A DNA stretch of 36,206 nucleotides from the IMG/VR virus record IMGVR_UViG_3300020043_002528, positions 1-36,206 of that record. The stretch is one strand, 5' to 3'. The position numbers and the translations under genes were made by a program. The DNA is from a virus. Taxonomy: Duplodnaviria > Caudoviricetes. This document shows, piece after piece, positions 35,640 to 36,206 of this stretch (position 1 is the first letter of the stretch; every line of letters starts with the position of its first letter). The notes below the pieces were generated by a model, which did no database searches, had not been told where the DNA came from, and saw only the letters and a program-made list of their open reading frames with translations.

Positions 35640-35841
35640 TCTGTTTGGATGCGATAGGTTTCGTTATCCTTGCCAAGACCCTGATAATTGGGAAACTAAA
35701 CAATGCAAAAGACCATATTGCGCTGTTACCGGAACCTGTCCAGACCAGCTAATGAAGCCAGAGGAAATTAAGGATGAACCCGTTAAAGTTAATCAGCCAG
35801 TTTCTTGCCCTGACGCAGGAACAGCACGATGCGGTAATTAA
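35608..35841 (+). CDS. Cys-rich lipoprotein
   Basis: MRVLYVCLVLSLFG-C lipobox-like; DRFRYPCQDP..W...C...C....CP. Confidence 0.75.
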   Translation: MRVLYVCLVLSLFGCDRFRYPCQDPDNWETKQCKRPYCAVTGTCPDQLMKPEEIKDEPVKVNQPVSCPDAGTARCGN

Positions 35842-36206
35842 GTTTTGTATCGCTGTAACCTTCTGCTGTACGGTCATTATTATGGTCGGAGTGTCACTCT
35901 ATAGTGTTGTATTTGTGACACAGCCTATGAACGGTATGGCTCCTGCTGATAAGCAGTTCTTCCTGATTCTGAGTGATATGTCTAAGTATATCCTCGGATC
36001 GTTAGCGACACTCCTAGCGGTTAAGGGTAAAGATGCTTTGCCTCAGTTTATTCCTCCGAATCTATCGACTGAGAAAGAGCGTTTAGATACTCCACCACCA
36101 CCTAAATCACCTAGTCCTATGCAACAACGTATAGAGCCTATGATTTCTAGCTCACCAGTAAGTTATAACGGCAAAGCTGCTCCTGAACAACCACCACACC
36201 CGGAGA
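35774..36206 (+). CDS. Two-TM holin-like protein; continues across the junction to a stop at 127-129 (146 aa)
   Basis: AAGGA RBS; MNPLKLISQF...two hydrophobic helices, Pro-rich tail ending PPHPEIT; its TGA overlaps the ATG at 126. Confidence 0.7.
   Translation, partial: MNPLKLISQFLALTQEQHDAVIKFCIAVTFCCTVIIMVGVSLYSVVFVTQPMNGMAPADKQFFLILSDMSKYILGSLATLLAVKGKDALPQFIPPNLSTEKERLDTPPPPKSPSPMQQRIEPMISSSPVSYNGKAAPEQPPHPE
36086..36206. repeat. Terminal direct repeat, right copy
   Basis: Identical to 1-121. Confidence 0.97.

Noticed and set aside
36086-36206. 121-bp terminal repeat as a biological DTR
   Set aside because: It falls in the middle of a coding sequence and has an assembler-like length; more likely a circular assembly overlap. 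Read-end mapping would decide.
1-36206. Stop-codon reassignment
   Set aside because: Core genes are intact under the standard code, and TAA, TAG and TGA all end tightly coupled genes.

Overview
The window is an apparently complete ~36,085-bp circular or circularly permuted genome of a short-tailed (podovirus-type) dsDNA phage. Positions 1-121 are repeated exactly at 36086-36206, and a membrane-protein gene reads through the junction. A leftward early arm (758-3696) encodes an ERF-like annealase, an SSB-like protein, an HTH protein, a MazG-like protein and small ORFs. After a divergent control region (~3700-4190), the rightward arm runs through replication (DUF1376/YdaU-like initiator with internal iteron-like repeats, primase-type Zn finger, DnaB/gp4-like helicase), nucleases, small basic proteins, a SAM methyltransferase + glycosyltransferase + ParB-DNA methylase block, terminase, portal, scaffold, capsid, tail and ejection proteins, a 14-blade beta-propeller adhesin, and a gene-rich lysis cassette with a GH19 endolysin and an i-spanin-like protein. 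The lysis genes imply a Gram-negative host; a freshwater proteobacterium is inferred. I found no integrase, DNA polymerase, tRNA, CRISPR array or reverse transcriptase. The most notable signals not explained by the genes are: (1) a recurring RAC-bulged GNRA hairpin with compensatory changes at the translation starts of the methylase, portal and scaffold genes; (2) a set of putative virion-internal proteins sharing terminal 'GLL' motifs, including a carrier + ParB-like effector gene between portal and scaffold; (3) a promoter-driven cloverleaf leader RNA whose loop is complementary to repeats beside the initiator RBS; (4) an unannotated 48-aa secreted six-cysteine peptide followed by a ~200-nt multi-hairpin RNA; (5) a 15-bp box shared by three promoters; (6) two glycosyltransferases suggesting virion glycosylation. 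All protein-family calls come from motif recognition by eye, not database searches.
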